From an uncultured Methanosarcinaceae archaeon (GTDB lineage Archaea > Halobacteriota > Methanosarcinia > Methanosarcinales > Methanosarcinaceae), in assembly GCA_963721455.1 (NCBI GenBank), contig CAVRJG010000053.1, forward strand, positions 96,001 to 160,000: 64,000 nucleotides of DNA. The letters are read 5' to 3'. The notes below the pieces were generated by a model. The model saw only the letters and a list, made by a program, of their open reading frames with translations. It had not been told where the DNA came from and made no database searches. The position numbers and the translations under genes are program-made. Positions 24,917-35,934 of the stretch are shown here, piece after piece; the first letter of the stretch is position 1; every line of letters starts with the position of its first letter.

Positions 24917-25184
24917 TATTAAGTAAAGTAGAAAAAGTTAATTAAATAATCAAATCTCACTATTTTTATATGTTCTTATTTTTACATTGGCTTACTTGAA
25001 TCAAGTATATAATGAATCTAAGGTTGCGGCATTTCTTTCAGATTTTTAATACTTTTCCATGCGTCTTCGGTTAAGTGAGGAATCGTGACAAATTACATCG
25101 ATTTCCACAAAGTTTTTCAAAGTATTCATTGATGTGAAGTTAGAATTGGATATCGATTTCAGTTTCAGTGCTCAAAATTTGGGA

Positions 25185-25716
25185 TTAATTTTTGCTTCGA
25201 AATCGATACCTATGGACAAGAAAATTCCTTAACCGATGACCAATGAAAGCTTTCTTAATGAATCTCTTCGCTGCTTTCCGATTTCGTTTTGCACTTAACA
25301 TGAAATCAATTGTATTTCCATTTGAGTCAACTGCTCGGTAAAAATATTTCCATTTACCTTTTACTTTGATATAGATTTCATCAACTCTCCATGAATCATT
25401 TGTTGGTCTTAAATGTCTTCTTATTTTCTTTTCTAGTTCAGGAGAATATTGATGCACCCATCTCATTATAGTACTGTGATCAACTTGAATTCCTCTTTCT
25501 ATCATCATTTCCTTTAAATTTCGATAGCTTAATGGGTATTTTAAGTACCATCTTACATTCAATAGGATAATTTCACCTACAAAGTGCTTCCATTTAAAGG
25601 AATTAGATAGCATGTCACTACCTTTGATTTCCTTTTTATTTTATTATATCCGTAGCAGATATTTTTTGCAACGGAACCATTTTTACTTCCATATTATGAT
25701 TTTTTGCAACGGAACC
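25185..25716 (-). mobile_element. Truncated IS6-family element (transposase fragment 25185-25613)
   Basis: FKWKHF, VDHSTIMRWV, WRVDE and YRAVDS motifs; two tandem left IRs ending at 25678 and 25716. Confidence 0.92.
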
Positions 25717-26349
25717 GGACACTTAATATGCGCTTAAAATATGGGAACTAAGGATTAATATTCAGGAAAAATTATTCTTGGTATTTTATATAATATATAA
25801 TTATATTTATTCATACTTATACGATAATCAAACCTACTCCTCTCCAAAAGAAACAAGATCCCATTAGCATAGAACACGAAAAAATTATGGGTACGAGAAA
25901 TTATGGGATGCATGGGTGGAATTGGGGCTGGTCAGTTGGAGCTATGAGAAGGTGCGAAGTTCAAAAGCTAATGAAACCGACCTTCCGCAGATGTTCTCAA
26001 GAAAATGACATTTTTCTTCCTATCGTTTTTGGATATTTGCTCAAAAATTTGCAATTATTATCTCAACTGAAGCTTCCTGAAATATAAGTTAGAAGCTTTC
26101 AATGAAGGTACAAGATTGAAAAGTGTAAGACATTTCAAAAAAACATGTTTGAATAAGCAGGGCAATTTTCAGAAAAACGATAGCAGAAAAAATTGTGAAA
26201 ATTGAACGGACATCTGCGGAAAGTCAGATGAAAAGCTAATGATGAGTATAAGTAACACATAAGTAACACACTTCCAATAAAATGATATAAAAAATGTGTA
26301 TAAAATAAAATGTAGTGTATAAAATAAAATGTAAAAAGTGGGGATAAAT

Positions 26350-27096
26350 ATGTCTAAACAAACGGTAAAGATACTCGGTATTCTGCTAGCAGTTTGTTTC
26401 TTAATGTCAGTAACAGCTGTGGCAGTAAGTGCAGCTCCTGCTGATAATGGGCGTCCAATATTAAAGGCAGCGGCGCTCAAAAAAGCGATGAGTGAAGAAT
26501 CGGGCTGTACAGAAACTGAACATCCACTATTAAAGGCAGCGGCGCTCAAAAAAGCGATGAGTGAAGAAGCGATGAGTGAAGAAGCAGGCTGCACAGAAAC
26601 TGAACGTCCACTATTAAAGGCAGCGGCGCTCAAAAAAGCGATGAGTGAAGAATCGGGCTACACAGAAACTGAACGTCCACTATTAAAGGCAGCGGCGCTC
26701 AAAAAAGCGATGAGTGAAGAAGCAGGCTGCACAGAAACTGAACGTCCACTATTAAAGGCAGCGGCGCTCAAAAAAGCGATGAATGAAGAAGCGATGAGTG
26801 AAGAATCGGGCTACACAGAAACTGAACGTCCACTATTAAAGGCAGCAGCGCTCAAAAAAGCAATGAGTGAAGAATCGGGCTGCACAGAAACTGAGCGTCC
26901 ACTATTAAAGGCAGCGGCGCTCAAAAAAGCAATGAGTGAAGAATCGGGCTGCACAGAAACTGAACGTCCACTATTAAAGGCAGCGGCGCTCAAAAAAGCA
27001 ATGAGTGAAGAATCGGGATGCACAGAAACTGAACGTCCACTATTAAAGGCAGCGGCGCTCAAAAAAGCAATGAGTGAAGATAATGATTATGACTAA
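26350..27096 (+). CDS. Secreted tandem-repeat protein (9 copies of RPLLKAAALKKAMSEESGCTETE)
   Basis: GGGGA RBS; signal peptide ending VSA-AP; 69-bp repeats vary mostly at synonymous sites, with in-frame 15-bp insertions. Confidence 0.85.
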   Translation: MSKQTVKILGILLAVCFLMSVTAVAVSAAPADNGRPILKAAALKKAMSEESGCTETEHPLLKAAALKKAMSEEAMSEEAGCTETERPLLKAAALKKAMSEESGYTETERPLLKAAALKKAMSEEAGCTETERPLLKAAALKKAMNEEAMSEESGYTETERPLLKAAALKKAMSEESGCTETERPLLKAAALKKAMSEESGCTETERPLLKAAALKKAMSEESGCTETERPLLKAAALKKAMSEDNDYD

Positions 27097-27114
27097 GAGG
27101 CTGTCTTAAAATTA

Positions 27115-27263
27115 GGTTCTGTTGCAAAAAATCTGGCTGTTTTACCAAACCAGTGAAAAACATCACAATTGGGATATTAAGATGTCATCAGCAGGTCAAT
27201 AATAACACAAAAAGAAATTATTATAGCCTAAAAGGGTAGTAAAATTATTTTTGCAACAGAACC
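27115..27263. mobile_element. IS6-derived MITE, preceded by an IS5-like MITE end at 27097-27113
   Basis: IRs ggttctgttgcaaaaa and tttttgcaacagaacc. Confidence 0.85.
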
Positions 27264-27297
27264 TAGAAATAAAACCAGGAGAAGGGGGAGTTTATAA

Positions 27298-27384
27298 ATG
27301 GCTTGTAGGGGACTGGCACCACGTTGTGGTGTTGGATTTCACGCTGTCTGTATCAATGGATACTGGCGATGTATTGCACGTTAG
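27298..27384 (+). CDS. Candidate 28-aa four-Cys peptide MACRGLAPRCGVGFHAVCINGYWRCIAR
   Basis: Strong GGGGGAG RBS 7 nt before the ATG; GC-richer than the flanks; 3' hairpin with T-tract. Confidence 0.6.
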   Translation: MACRGLAPRCGVGFHAVCINGYWRCIAR

Positions 27385-27540
27385 ACACAGTACTGTAGAA
27401 GGATAGGTAGAAGGATAGAAAACTTATTGTTTTAGCATTGAGATAAACGTGATAAAAATGCGAAACACGTCGTATCAGTAGCTCATTTCATCCTGAAGAA
27501 ATTCCGTTTAAAAACTTCTTACCAATCTTTCTATTTTTTT

Positions 27541-27851
27541 GGTATTTTAACGAAAGTACTGTAAAATCGTAATAGTAGCTAAACTGAGAAAACGCATAGA
27601 TTTTACCACAAAAACTATGCATTAGTGAAAAACGATAAATCCTGTTTTCTTGTGATGGAAAAAGAGATACAGAGTGATTCAGAATTTACAGAACTTTCGG
27701 TACGCTACCTTTTCAGGCAGTGTCGCGAATTTGCTGTAAATTCAAGGTTTATTTTTTTTGTACTGAGTACAATTCCGTTCTCTCAATATTGAATTTCCAA
27801 ACTACCAACTTTTTGAGATTTATGATTTTACAGAAAAATCGGCACATTGCC
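27541..27851. mobile_element. Two adjacent GGCAGTGT-family MITEs (27541-27709 and 27716-27851)
   Basis: Imperfect IR pairs resembling those at 11540 and 15975-16110. Confidence 0.7.
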
Positions 27852-27940
27852 TGCGTCTCATTGTAGGCAGAAGATTTATATTTCTCATAGTAATTGTCAA
27901 AGCGTTCCACAAGTTCAATTATTTGAGGAGGAGCAGGCAT
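27852..27940 (-). pseudogene. N-terminal remnant of a type IIG-like restriction-modification enzyme
   Basis: MPAPPQIIELVERF...YKSSAYNETQ resembles N-termini of Eco57I-like/HsdR_N proteins; cut off at the MITE end. Confidence 0.6.
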
Positions 27941-28172
27941 GGTATCACATTAAGTAATATTGAAAACAAAAAAAATTGATTTTTTATATTGTATAGAAGT
28001 AAAACTTCTAGTATAAATCGATATTTAAAGATTACTTGTTAAGTTCATTAATGAACTACGATGACAAAAAATAATTTATGAACTTTACAGCAGAAACCCG
28101 ATGAACAAGCTCTGGAGATTCTGAGGATTAGTCCGGGATAATTATTTACCCTCCTTTCCCCTATTTTTTCTC

Positions 28173-29270
28173 ATGATTTTTGACCCTATCACTGTCTGCA
28201 ACCTGGATCTCCAGAATCGATTTGTAAGGTCCGCTACACACGAATTTATGGCTGAAAAGGATGGAACGCCCACTTCCAGGCTCGGAGACCTTTACGAAGA
28301 GCTTGCAAAAAATGAAGTCGGGCTGATCATAACCGGCTATTCCTATGTTCTTCCTGGCGGGCAGAGTGACATTTATCAGCAGGGTATCTATGATGACCGT
28401 TTTATCGAACCTTACCTGAAAATAACAGACAGGGTGCACAGGTACAGAAGCAAGATCCTGCTCCAGATAGTGCATGGGGGAAGGCAGGCTAGTTTTTCGG
28501 ATGAATTTCCTGTCCCCATAGCCCCCTCAGGAATCAAAGACGGGCATTCGGCAGCTATCCCGAGGGAAATGACAGACGCGGAAATCCTGGCAGTAATCGA
28601 AGCTTTTACAAAAGCAGCCGTCAGGGCAAAAAAAGCAGGTTTTGACGGGGTGCAGCTCCACTGCGCCCACGGTTTCCTTTTAAGTAACTTCATTTCTCCC
28701 TATACGAACAGAAGGACTGACCGCTGGGGGGGCTCAGTGGAAAACCGGGCACGGATAGTCATGGAAATTGTCAGGCGTATAAAAGAGGAGGCCGGAGATG
28801 ATTTTCCAGTTCTGGTCAAGCTAAATGCAACGGATGGTTTCCGGCCTGGCTCTTTGAAGGGGGAACTGGGGCTTGATATTTCGCAGTCCGTAGAAATTGC
28901 AAAGCTTCTGGAGCAGGCAGGAGTATGCGCAATTGAGGTCAGCGGGGGAATAGGTGAGGCAGGTGGGGTAACTATAAGAACCGCAATCAACTCTCCTGCC
29001 AAAGAAGCATATTTCAAGGAATATTCTAAAGCAATCAAAGGTGCAGTGGACATTCCGGTTATCCTTGTAGGAGGCATCAGGTCTCTTTCTATTATTGACT
29101 ACCTGCTTGAGAACGGGTTTGCGGACCTGATTTCAATGAGCAGGGTATTCATCAGCGAACCTGATATTGTTTTGAAATTTAAATCAGGGGAGGCTAAAAA
29201 GGCAAGGTGCGTATCCTGTAATCTCTGTTTTGATCCAGAGGGGGTGAGGTGCAATTTCCAGTTTGACTGA
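28173..29270 (+). CDS. NADH:flavin oxidoreductase (Old Yellow Enzyme family)
   Basis: NRFVRSAT, AGFDGVQLHCAHGFLL and NRRTDRWGGS motifs; C-terminal CVSCNLC. Confidence 0.95.
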   Translation: MIFDPITVCNLDLQNRFVRSATHEFMAEKDGTPTSRLGDLYEELAKNEVGLIITGYSYVLPGGQSDIYQQGIYDDRFIEPYLKITDRVHRYRSKILLQIVHGGRQASFSDEFPVPIAPSGIKDGHSAAIPREMTDAEILAVIEAFTKAAVRAKKAGFDGVQLHCAHGFLLSNFISPYTNRRTDRWGGSVENRARIVMEIVRRIKEEAGDDFPVLVKLNATDGFRPGSLKGELGLDISQSVEIAKLLEQAGVCAIEVSGGIGEAGGVTIRTAINSPAKEAYFKEYSKAIKGAVDIPVILVGGIRSLSIIDYLLENGFADLISMSRVFISEPDIVLKFKSGEAKKARCVSCNLCFDPEGVRCNFQFD

Positions 29271-29484
29271 AATCCGGGTAAGTGTAACCTTCCCATTATC
29301 CTTTACTCTTTACTTTCTGTCTTTACTGTTTTGTATTTTGGATTATGTTGTAAACAAACCTTAACGTATATTTTTTATAATAGATGGATGCAAAAGAGAT
29401 AAGCCTGAAAGGCTATCAACAGGACTCTGGTTTATATTTTTCTGCCGGGTCCGCTACCTTAAAACATTTGTGAGGGAAGTAATA

Positions 29485-30063
29485 ATGTCCGAAGAGAACC
29501 GTGTCGGTAGTAAGATACGCCAGCTTAGAGAAGCCCGGGATATGACCGTTGAAGAACTGGCCGAAGCCAGCCAGAGCAGCGTGGAATTAATCCAGCAGCT
29601 AGAAAAGGGAGCCCTGGTTCCGTCCTTAACGCCTCTTTTAAAGATTGCCCGAGCTTTAGGCGTCCGGCTAGGTACCTTTCTGGACGATGTGCCCCAGAGC
29701 GGACCTGTAATTGTCAGGGCAGGGCTGTCAGAAAATGTAGTCCGTTTTTCGGGGAAGACTGAAAGATCTAAGGAGAGTGCTCTTGAGTTTTATTCCCTTG
29801 CCTCGGATAAAGCAGACCGTCACATGGAGCCTTTTATCATTGATATCCACCCTTCTCCCGAGGAAAGCCACCAGATCTCTTCTCACGAAGGAGAGGAGTT
29901 CATTTATATCCTGTACGGGGAAATCGAGGTCTTCTATGGAAAGGATGTCCATAGGCTGAATGCAGGAGACAGCATTTACTATGACTCGATTATCCCGCAT
30001 GATGTCCATGCAGCAGGAAAAGAGGATGCAAGGATTCTGGCTGTAGTTTATGCTCCTCTGTAA
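29485..30063 (+). CDS. XRE HTH plus cupin transcriptional regulator
   Basis: KIRQLRE...[18 protein letters not shown] and [10 protein letters not shown] motifs. Confidence 0.93.
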   Translation: MSEENRVGSKIRQLREARDMTVEELAEASQSSVELIQQLEKGALVPSLTPLLKIARALGVRLGTFLDDVPQSGPVIVRAGLSENVVRFSGKTERSKESALEFYSLASDKADRHMEPFIIDIHPSPEESHQISSHEGEEFIYILYGEIEVFYGKDVHRLNAGDSIYYDSIIPHDVHAAGKEDARILAVVYAPL

Positions 30064-30169
30064 AGTCGCAGTCATGCAGAGAAGAGAGTAAAGACTTAAC
30101 TTAAACTAGCGGGAAGTTCCAGATTTGGAAAAATTAAATACAAGCATTTGAGAGTTAAGGGAATCCAAA

Positions 30170-30613
30170 ATGTTCAGTACAACTGTTAGTCCGCGCTTTG
30201 GGGACATAGACGGGCTTGGGCATATAAATAATACTGTCCTCCCGGTATGGTTCGAAATAGGAAGAAACTCCATATTCCGGCTTTTTTCGCCGGATCTTGA
30301 TCTTAGCCCTGATGTATGGCATCTGATCCTTGTCAGGACCGAGTTTGATTTCCTCCGCCAGATGTATTTCAGGTCTGATGTGGAGATCAGGACTTTTATT
30401 GCAAAGATAGGAAAGAGTTCCTTTACTGTCGGGCACGAGGCCTGGCAGGAAGGTGAACTTAAGGTAAGAGGTCAGGCAGTGCTGGTCTATTACGATTTCA
30501 AGCTCCAGAAAGCAAATCCTATCCCTGATTCGATCCGTGACATTCTGAAAGAACATATGTTTTCTGCGATGGACACTGCTGAAATGGATACGGATTCTCC
30601 TTGCTCTATTTGA
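30170..30613 (+). CDS. Acyl-CoA thioesterase (4HBT/hot-dog fold)
   Basis: RFGDIDGLGHINN and IGKSSF motifs. Confidence 0.92.
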   Translation: MFSTTVSPRFGDIDGLGHINNTVLPVWFEIGRNSIFRLFSPDLDLSPDVWHLILVRTEFDFLRQMYFRSDVEIRTFIAKIGKSSFTVGHEAWQEGELKVRGQAVLVYYDFKLQKANPIPDSIRDILKEHMFSAMDTAEMDTDSPCSI

Positions 30614-30993
30614 ATGTACTTATGGAACGCCTGCAAATTGGGCTTTGGAGCATACGAGATATCTCTGCTCGCAAGTCAACAGTTTCCAAAAATATATAAT
30701 GCAAGTGAGAGGCTGAAACCATGCATCTTTATAGAAGACTCCCCGGATGTGTATTATAATTTGTATAATACTCCTCTTAGTTGTACCCTTCAGTCACCTT
30801 AAATTTTGCAGATTTAAAAGCGGCTGAAGGGCATGAAAGGGGGGAGTCACATTGAATGAATTATTAGAAAAGAGAGAACAGGGAAAGCTCCACGGTACGC
30901 AGGCGACCACAAACACGGAGATGTTTGGCGCATGTGGATCAGGGGATAACGCGGGGCAGAGAACCTGCGATGTCTTTTTTATTCCCATTATCT

Positions 30994-31087
30994 ATAAGAG
31001 TTTCAGAATTACTTTCCTGATCGAAGATCAATTGATTATTCCAAATTCGAGATTTAGAGAAGCAATTTTTAGTTTTGGGATCAGCTC
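30994..31087 (-). mobile_element. Partial GAGCTSATCCCAAAA-family MITE
   Basis: Reverse complement aligns with 10371-10465. Confidence 0.75.
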
Positions 31088-31239
31088 ATTGTGTGCATAA
31101 GTTCTATGGGATAAAGTATCCTTAGCACGAAGGCTCTCAGAAATATATCCGTAGCTGTTTTCATTATTTTTTAAAAAAACGCTAAAGGTCTAAATAAATT
31201 AAAGGAGATGACCCTTTGAATAACAAAGAGGTCAGGTAA

Positions 31240-32048
31240 TTATAGATTTTTTCCGCCATAAGATCTAACATGCTTCCAGGCTTTATGGTGATTGGCAAAA
31301 AGATCCTTATCTACATATATCGCCTCATTATCCCTTTTGTATAGTGCTCTATCATTTCCTATTGGGCAAACCTTGATACATATACCACACGGTGAAATGT
31401 AACGCTTGTTTAATTCAGCACTATAAGAGGAACAGACTTTCTTATCTGTTAGTCCACTGGGGTAATCTTCCTTATTAAGAGCATTTGATGGGCACATTTT
31501 TACACAACGCATACAGCGGGTGCAAAGCTGAGTCTCCAACATTGGATCTGGAGGAAGCTCGGCTGTGGACAGAATTGAACCGAAACGAAGCCTGGGGCCA
31601 TACTCTGGTGTAAGGATCGTATTATTTACCCCAAAGTTCCTAATCCAGCGAGCAAAGCAGCATGCCTATGAGAAAAGAATGCAATGGGCTTTTCGAGGAG
31701 TACCTGAATGCTCCCATATCCATCTCCAGGTACGAAAATAGATGGGTATCCTCTATCGGTCAGGAAGTTGGCAAGTCGATATGTGTATTGATCCAATAAG
31801 GTATTTACAGTATTGTACAGTTCGCGGTAATATAAAGAGGGTGATGTTTCCAACACCGGTAGAGGGATAGGTAATCCAATAACTATCACTGATTTTGCTT
31901 CAGGATATATGGATTGAGGATAGAATTCTTCAGGCATCCATGGCAAAAAAGGAGGGTTATTCCATCTCTCAATACTGGCAACCCCAACCATGGGTATATC
32001 CATACTTTCGCATTTCTGCAGGAGGGCTTTTTTTAGATCTTTAGTCGT
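31240..32048 (-). pseudogene. Epoxyqueuosine reductase-like 4Fe-4S protein, frameshifted
   Basis: SHRHAALLAGLG continues as GVNNTILTPEYGPRLRFG in another frame (1-nt loss near 31633). CxxCxxCxxxCP clusters are present. The likely start appears as ACG at 32048. Confidence 0.85.
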
Positions 32049-32968
32049 GAATTCATCCCTCTTTGTAATTCAGTATTAGGAGAGAATTTTCTACCAATTT
32101 GAACATTTCCACTTATTAATACGTCCAAGATTTGTGGCAAATTAAATAAGTTAGGACTTATGCAACTGAACTAAAAATTTTCCCATAAAACTATTGGATT
32201 ATCTGGCCTGGTCTCTGGCTCGCCCTTCATCCTTTTTTATCTTAAGCTGGCTTTATTCCAGCTGCAAAAAAACGTAATTACTCTTTTTCTATTTTCCGTC
32301 TTGCCTATCTTCTAATCTAAAAAAACCTGCCTGATTTATTGACCTGCTCTCTGGAAGTTTCTGACCTGTTTTTCCGCCTGAATTTACTGCGTGAAGAGAT
32401 AATAGTTTATCAGGTAGGACTGGTCTTCCTCAGGTGGCCTCCTCCACTCGGACGCATGCACACAGACACCAGATACCCGCCTGCTTTCTTTTGTGATTAG
32501 GTTGAAAGTGCAGTTGTTTTAGGGGAAAATTACTGGATTTATCGGACTCGTTCTCTGGTAGTTTCTGATTTGTTTTTCTGAATATCTGCTCTCTGGCAGC
32601 TTCTTAATGAATTAACTGCATGTAGGGGTAATAGTTTATCAGGTGGGATTTTTCTGGCCTACCCCCTGGTCACCTCGCCCCCCTTGGTGAGTATAGACCA
32701 GATGCCCGCCTTCCCTATCCGATTTATTAGTTTCCCCTTCTGCCTTTCTCCTTTGCATATTATTGGAGAAGGTCTCCAATTCTTCAATTGCCTTCCTTAA
32801 TACATTATTTATGGCATAAATAAATAAAAGTTTCGAAACCTTTATTTTAGTAAGTGACCATTTTTACTCATTATTTTCTTAATTAAATCCTTATAAATTA
32901 TTATTTTTTTAATTAAACCTTTTAGAACCGCTATTTTAATAATTATGTCACTTTTATAAATCTTTATT

Positions 32969-33036
32969 TATAAGTATATTTATATTATAACTGGTTCATG
33001 TTAGGATTGTCAAGCTGCGAATGGTCAGCGAGACAA
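32969..33036 (+). promoter_or_regulatory. Shared promoter near-palindrome plus leader hairpin
   Basis: TATAAGTATATTTATATT followed by TTGTCAAGCTG-loop-CAGCGAGACAA; homologous to 37612-37679 and 41038-41104 (minus). Confidence 0.7.
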
Positions 33037-33113
33037 TTAAGAAAATAAAGTAAGGCTATGAAAAAAATGCAGTAAAGAAGAATATAAAAATAGAAAACCA
33101 TGGGGGTAACAAA

Positions 33114-33290
33114 ATGTTTGGTTTCGATAGATGCGGCTGTAACCGTTTCAGAGGGTTTGAATGTGGCTGCGGCGGCTTTGGCGGTTGTGGCGGCTTTGAC
33201 GGCGGTTGTGGCGGCTGGGGCTTTGGTCGCTTTGATGGGTTCCGCGGTGGCTTCCGAGGCGGCTTCCACGGTCGTCGTGGCCGCTGGTAA
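33114..33290 (+). CDS. Gly/Cys/Phe/Arg-rich 58-aa small protein (paralog of 10807; not in the ORF track)
   Basis: MFGFDRCGCNRFRGFECGCGGFGGCGGFDGGCGGWGFGRFDGFRGGFRGGFHGRRGRW; GGGGGT RBS. Confidence 0.8.
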   Translation: MFGFDRCGCNRFRGFECGCGGFGGCGGFDGGCGGWGFGRFDGFRGGFRGGFHGRRGRW

Positions 33291-33659
33291 TAACGGTCGA
33301 GTCTGAAAGAATTATTGAGCATTAAAGGAAAAAAGGACGATAGCCATCTTTTCAAGGCATGACGGAAAAATTCTGAAAAACCGTCTTTTCTTGAACTGAT
33401 GACTATTTATCTTTACTTTTTGAATATATTTTTTGAAAATTCTCCCCAAATTTTGCCAAGCCCTATTATTTCAAGTTCCATCCTTCAAAAGTTGCCTGCT
33501 TTGCAGGTAACCACGTAAATCCTAGTTTTTCACTGTCCTTTGATATGCCGTTATTGATGAGGAAAAAACCTGCAGTAGCCATATCTTCATTTTAAACCAT
33601 TACTTACAATTCCCCCTTTAAGAGGATCTCAATCAATTAATATAATAATTTGCATATAT

Positions 33660-35599
33660 CCTGCTTTCGGCAGGTTAACGAATAATTAAATATCTTCAGC
33701 ACAATATCTCTTTTTGTGACATCCGCATCCCCTAAAAACAGCAACAAAAGATCGAATGCCATAATAAAACGCACTACCTTTTTAGGACACCTTGGAATCA
33801 TAGCCAGTTTGTTCCGTGAACTCGAAGTTGACAAACTACTTGATGAGAAGTTTCCTAAATCAAGAGATCACAAAGTTTCTCATGCTAATTGTATACTTTC
33901 AATGGTCCTCAATGGACTTGGTTTTGTGGGGCAGCCTTTGTATCTCTGCCCTGACTATTTTAAAAATGTTTCAGTCGAAAGACTTTTTGGAAAAGGTATA
34001 CAAAAAGAAGACCTGAATCAATACGTTATTGGAGATACTCTCGACAAGATAGCGGAATATGGTCCTACTGAACTTTTTACAGAGATTATTCTTCACATCT
34101 TGAAACGTCTGCAGATTCCAATTTTGTGTTGTCATGCTGATACCACAACTATCAGTTTTCATGGAGACCATGATGGAGACGAGGATGAAGACTCTAAGTT
34201 AATCACTTTTGGTCGTCCAAAGAACGGAAGATGGGATCTAAAACAGTTAGTTTTGAATATGATTGTTAATCAGCATGGGATCCCATTATTCATGAGTACT
34301 CACGCAGGCAATGCTTCCGACAAAAAAATAATTGTTGAAGCAATAGAATTTCTAAAATCCTCATTAATACCTGAAAAAAAGGTATATTATCTTGCTGATA
34401 GTGCCTTCTACAGTGAGGAAAATATAAAAAAGGTGAATAAATCATATTGGATCTCTCGTGTTCCTAATACTCTTAACGAGGTAAAGAATCTAACTGCTTC
34501 AAATCGAGAGATGACGCCACTAAAAGGAGACGAAAGATACTCTTTTTCTCAAACTTTTGTCGAGTATGGTGGAATTGTACAAAATTGGGTTTTGTTGTTG
34601 TCACACAACCTGAAAGGGAAAAAAGAGGTGACTCTCAGCAAGAGTTTTGATAAAAAAGTTAAGGAAGCAGAAAAAGATCTGAATAAATTGAAAAGTAAGC
34701 ACTTCTTTTGTGAAGCTGATGCATTAGAGGATGCAAATAAATGGATTACAGATTTTCCTTTTTTAGCGTTTGAAAAATTGAAATTAAAGACTATTAAAAC
34801 GAGAAAATCGGGTAAAAAGGGCAGACCTGTAAAAAATGAGGAATTCGTGACATATTATTCAGTTAATGCTGAAATAAAGCTTAATGAAGCTCATTTTGAC
34901 CAAAAGATAGAGAAAGCTGGACTTTTTGTACTTGCAAGTAATGACCTCAATCTCTCTCCAGAAGAGATGTTAAGGAAATATAAAGATCAGGACAAAGTGG
35001 AAAAAGGGTTTAGATTCCTTAAAAGTGATACTTTTAGCGTATCAAAAGTCTATCTCAAAAATGAGGGTAGAATTCAAGCTCTTATGATGGTTATGGTTCT
35101 ATGCTTGATGATTTATTCTATTGCAGAATGGAAATTGAGAGAAAAACTTGAAAAAGAGAATGAATCTGTTCCAGACCAGAAAGGGAAACCTACTAAAAAA
35201 CCGACTATGAGATGGATTTTTTTCAAATTCCAGGGAATAACAGAACTTTTTACTCAAGAAGAAGGAGGAAATAGAGACTGAAGTATTAAATATGGAAGAG
35301 CTTCATTGGAAAATATTGGGGCTCTTGGGGGAAGAATATGAAAATATGTACCTTTAATCAAAGGAGGTGGTAATCAAGAGTGGTAGACCTTAATTTGACC
35401 ATTCAATCAGATAGCGGTAGCTATCGAAAAACATATAAAATAGTAAAGAAGTGCTTTGGAGGGGACTAACTAAGGTTGAATTTATGAAAAGGAAGATGTA
35501 TAAATAAAAAAGATAGTTCGATAAATTTTAGTCTTGGTTTCAGATTCCTTCAAACTTATATATAAAGGAAAAAATTAAACTTTACATGCCGAAAGCAGG
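33660..35599 (+). mobile_element. IS1634-family element; transposase 33716-35357 with a frameshift near the 3' end
   Basis: IRs cctgctttcggca and tgccgaaagcagg; TSD ATATAT; DTTTISF, GNASDK, ADSAFY and VEKGFRFLK motifs. Confidence 0.95.
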
Positions 35600-35607
35600 A
35601 TATATCA

Positions 35608-35701
35608 ATAAGGGTTTCAGAGTTTATTCATGAGCAGAAACTCTATTGATTATTCCGAATTCAAGCTTTGAGAGATCAATTTTGAGTTTTGGGATCAGCT
35701 C
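35608..35701 (-). mobile_element. Partial GAGCTSATCCCAAAA-family MITE
   Basis: Similar to 30994-31087. Confidence 0.7.
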
Positions 35702-35934
35702 TATCAGTAAAGCAATGAGAGATCTATTGTCACCAGGTAAATAGCTACATTTTAAGAATAAACGTAGCTATCCAGACAAATACTGAAAAAGACAATATAA
35801 ACTATGTTTCCTTATACTTTTTTATGAATTTAGGTCAACTTTTGACAAAGATGAGTTTAAATTTCCTAATTGTGAAAAGCAGAAACCATGAATGCGAAGG
35901 AAAAATCTCGCTTTGACTCCATTTTTTCGGACAT

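Noticed and set aside
25887-26087. 66-aa ORF with a GWNWGW stretch
   Set aside because: No RBS, paralog or motif to support it
26452-27080. CRISPR-like 69-bp periodicity
   Set aside because: Units are near-identical throughout and in frame; this is a coding repeat
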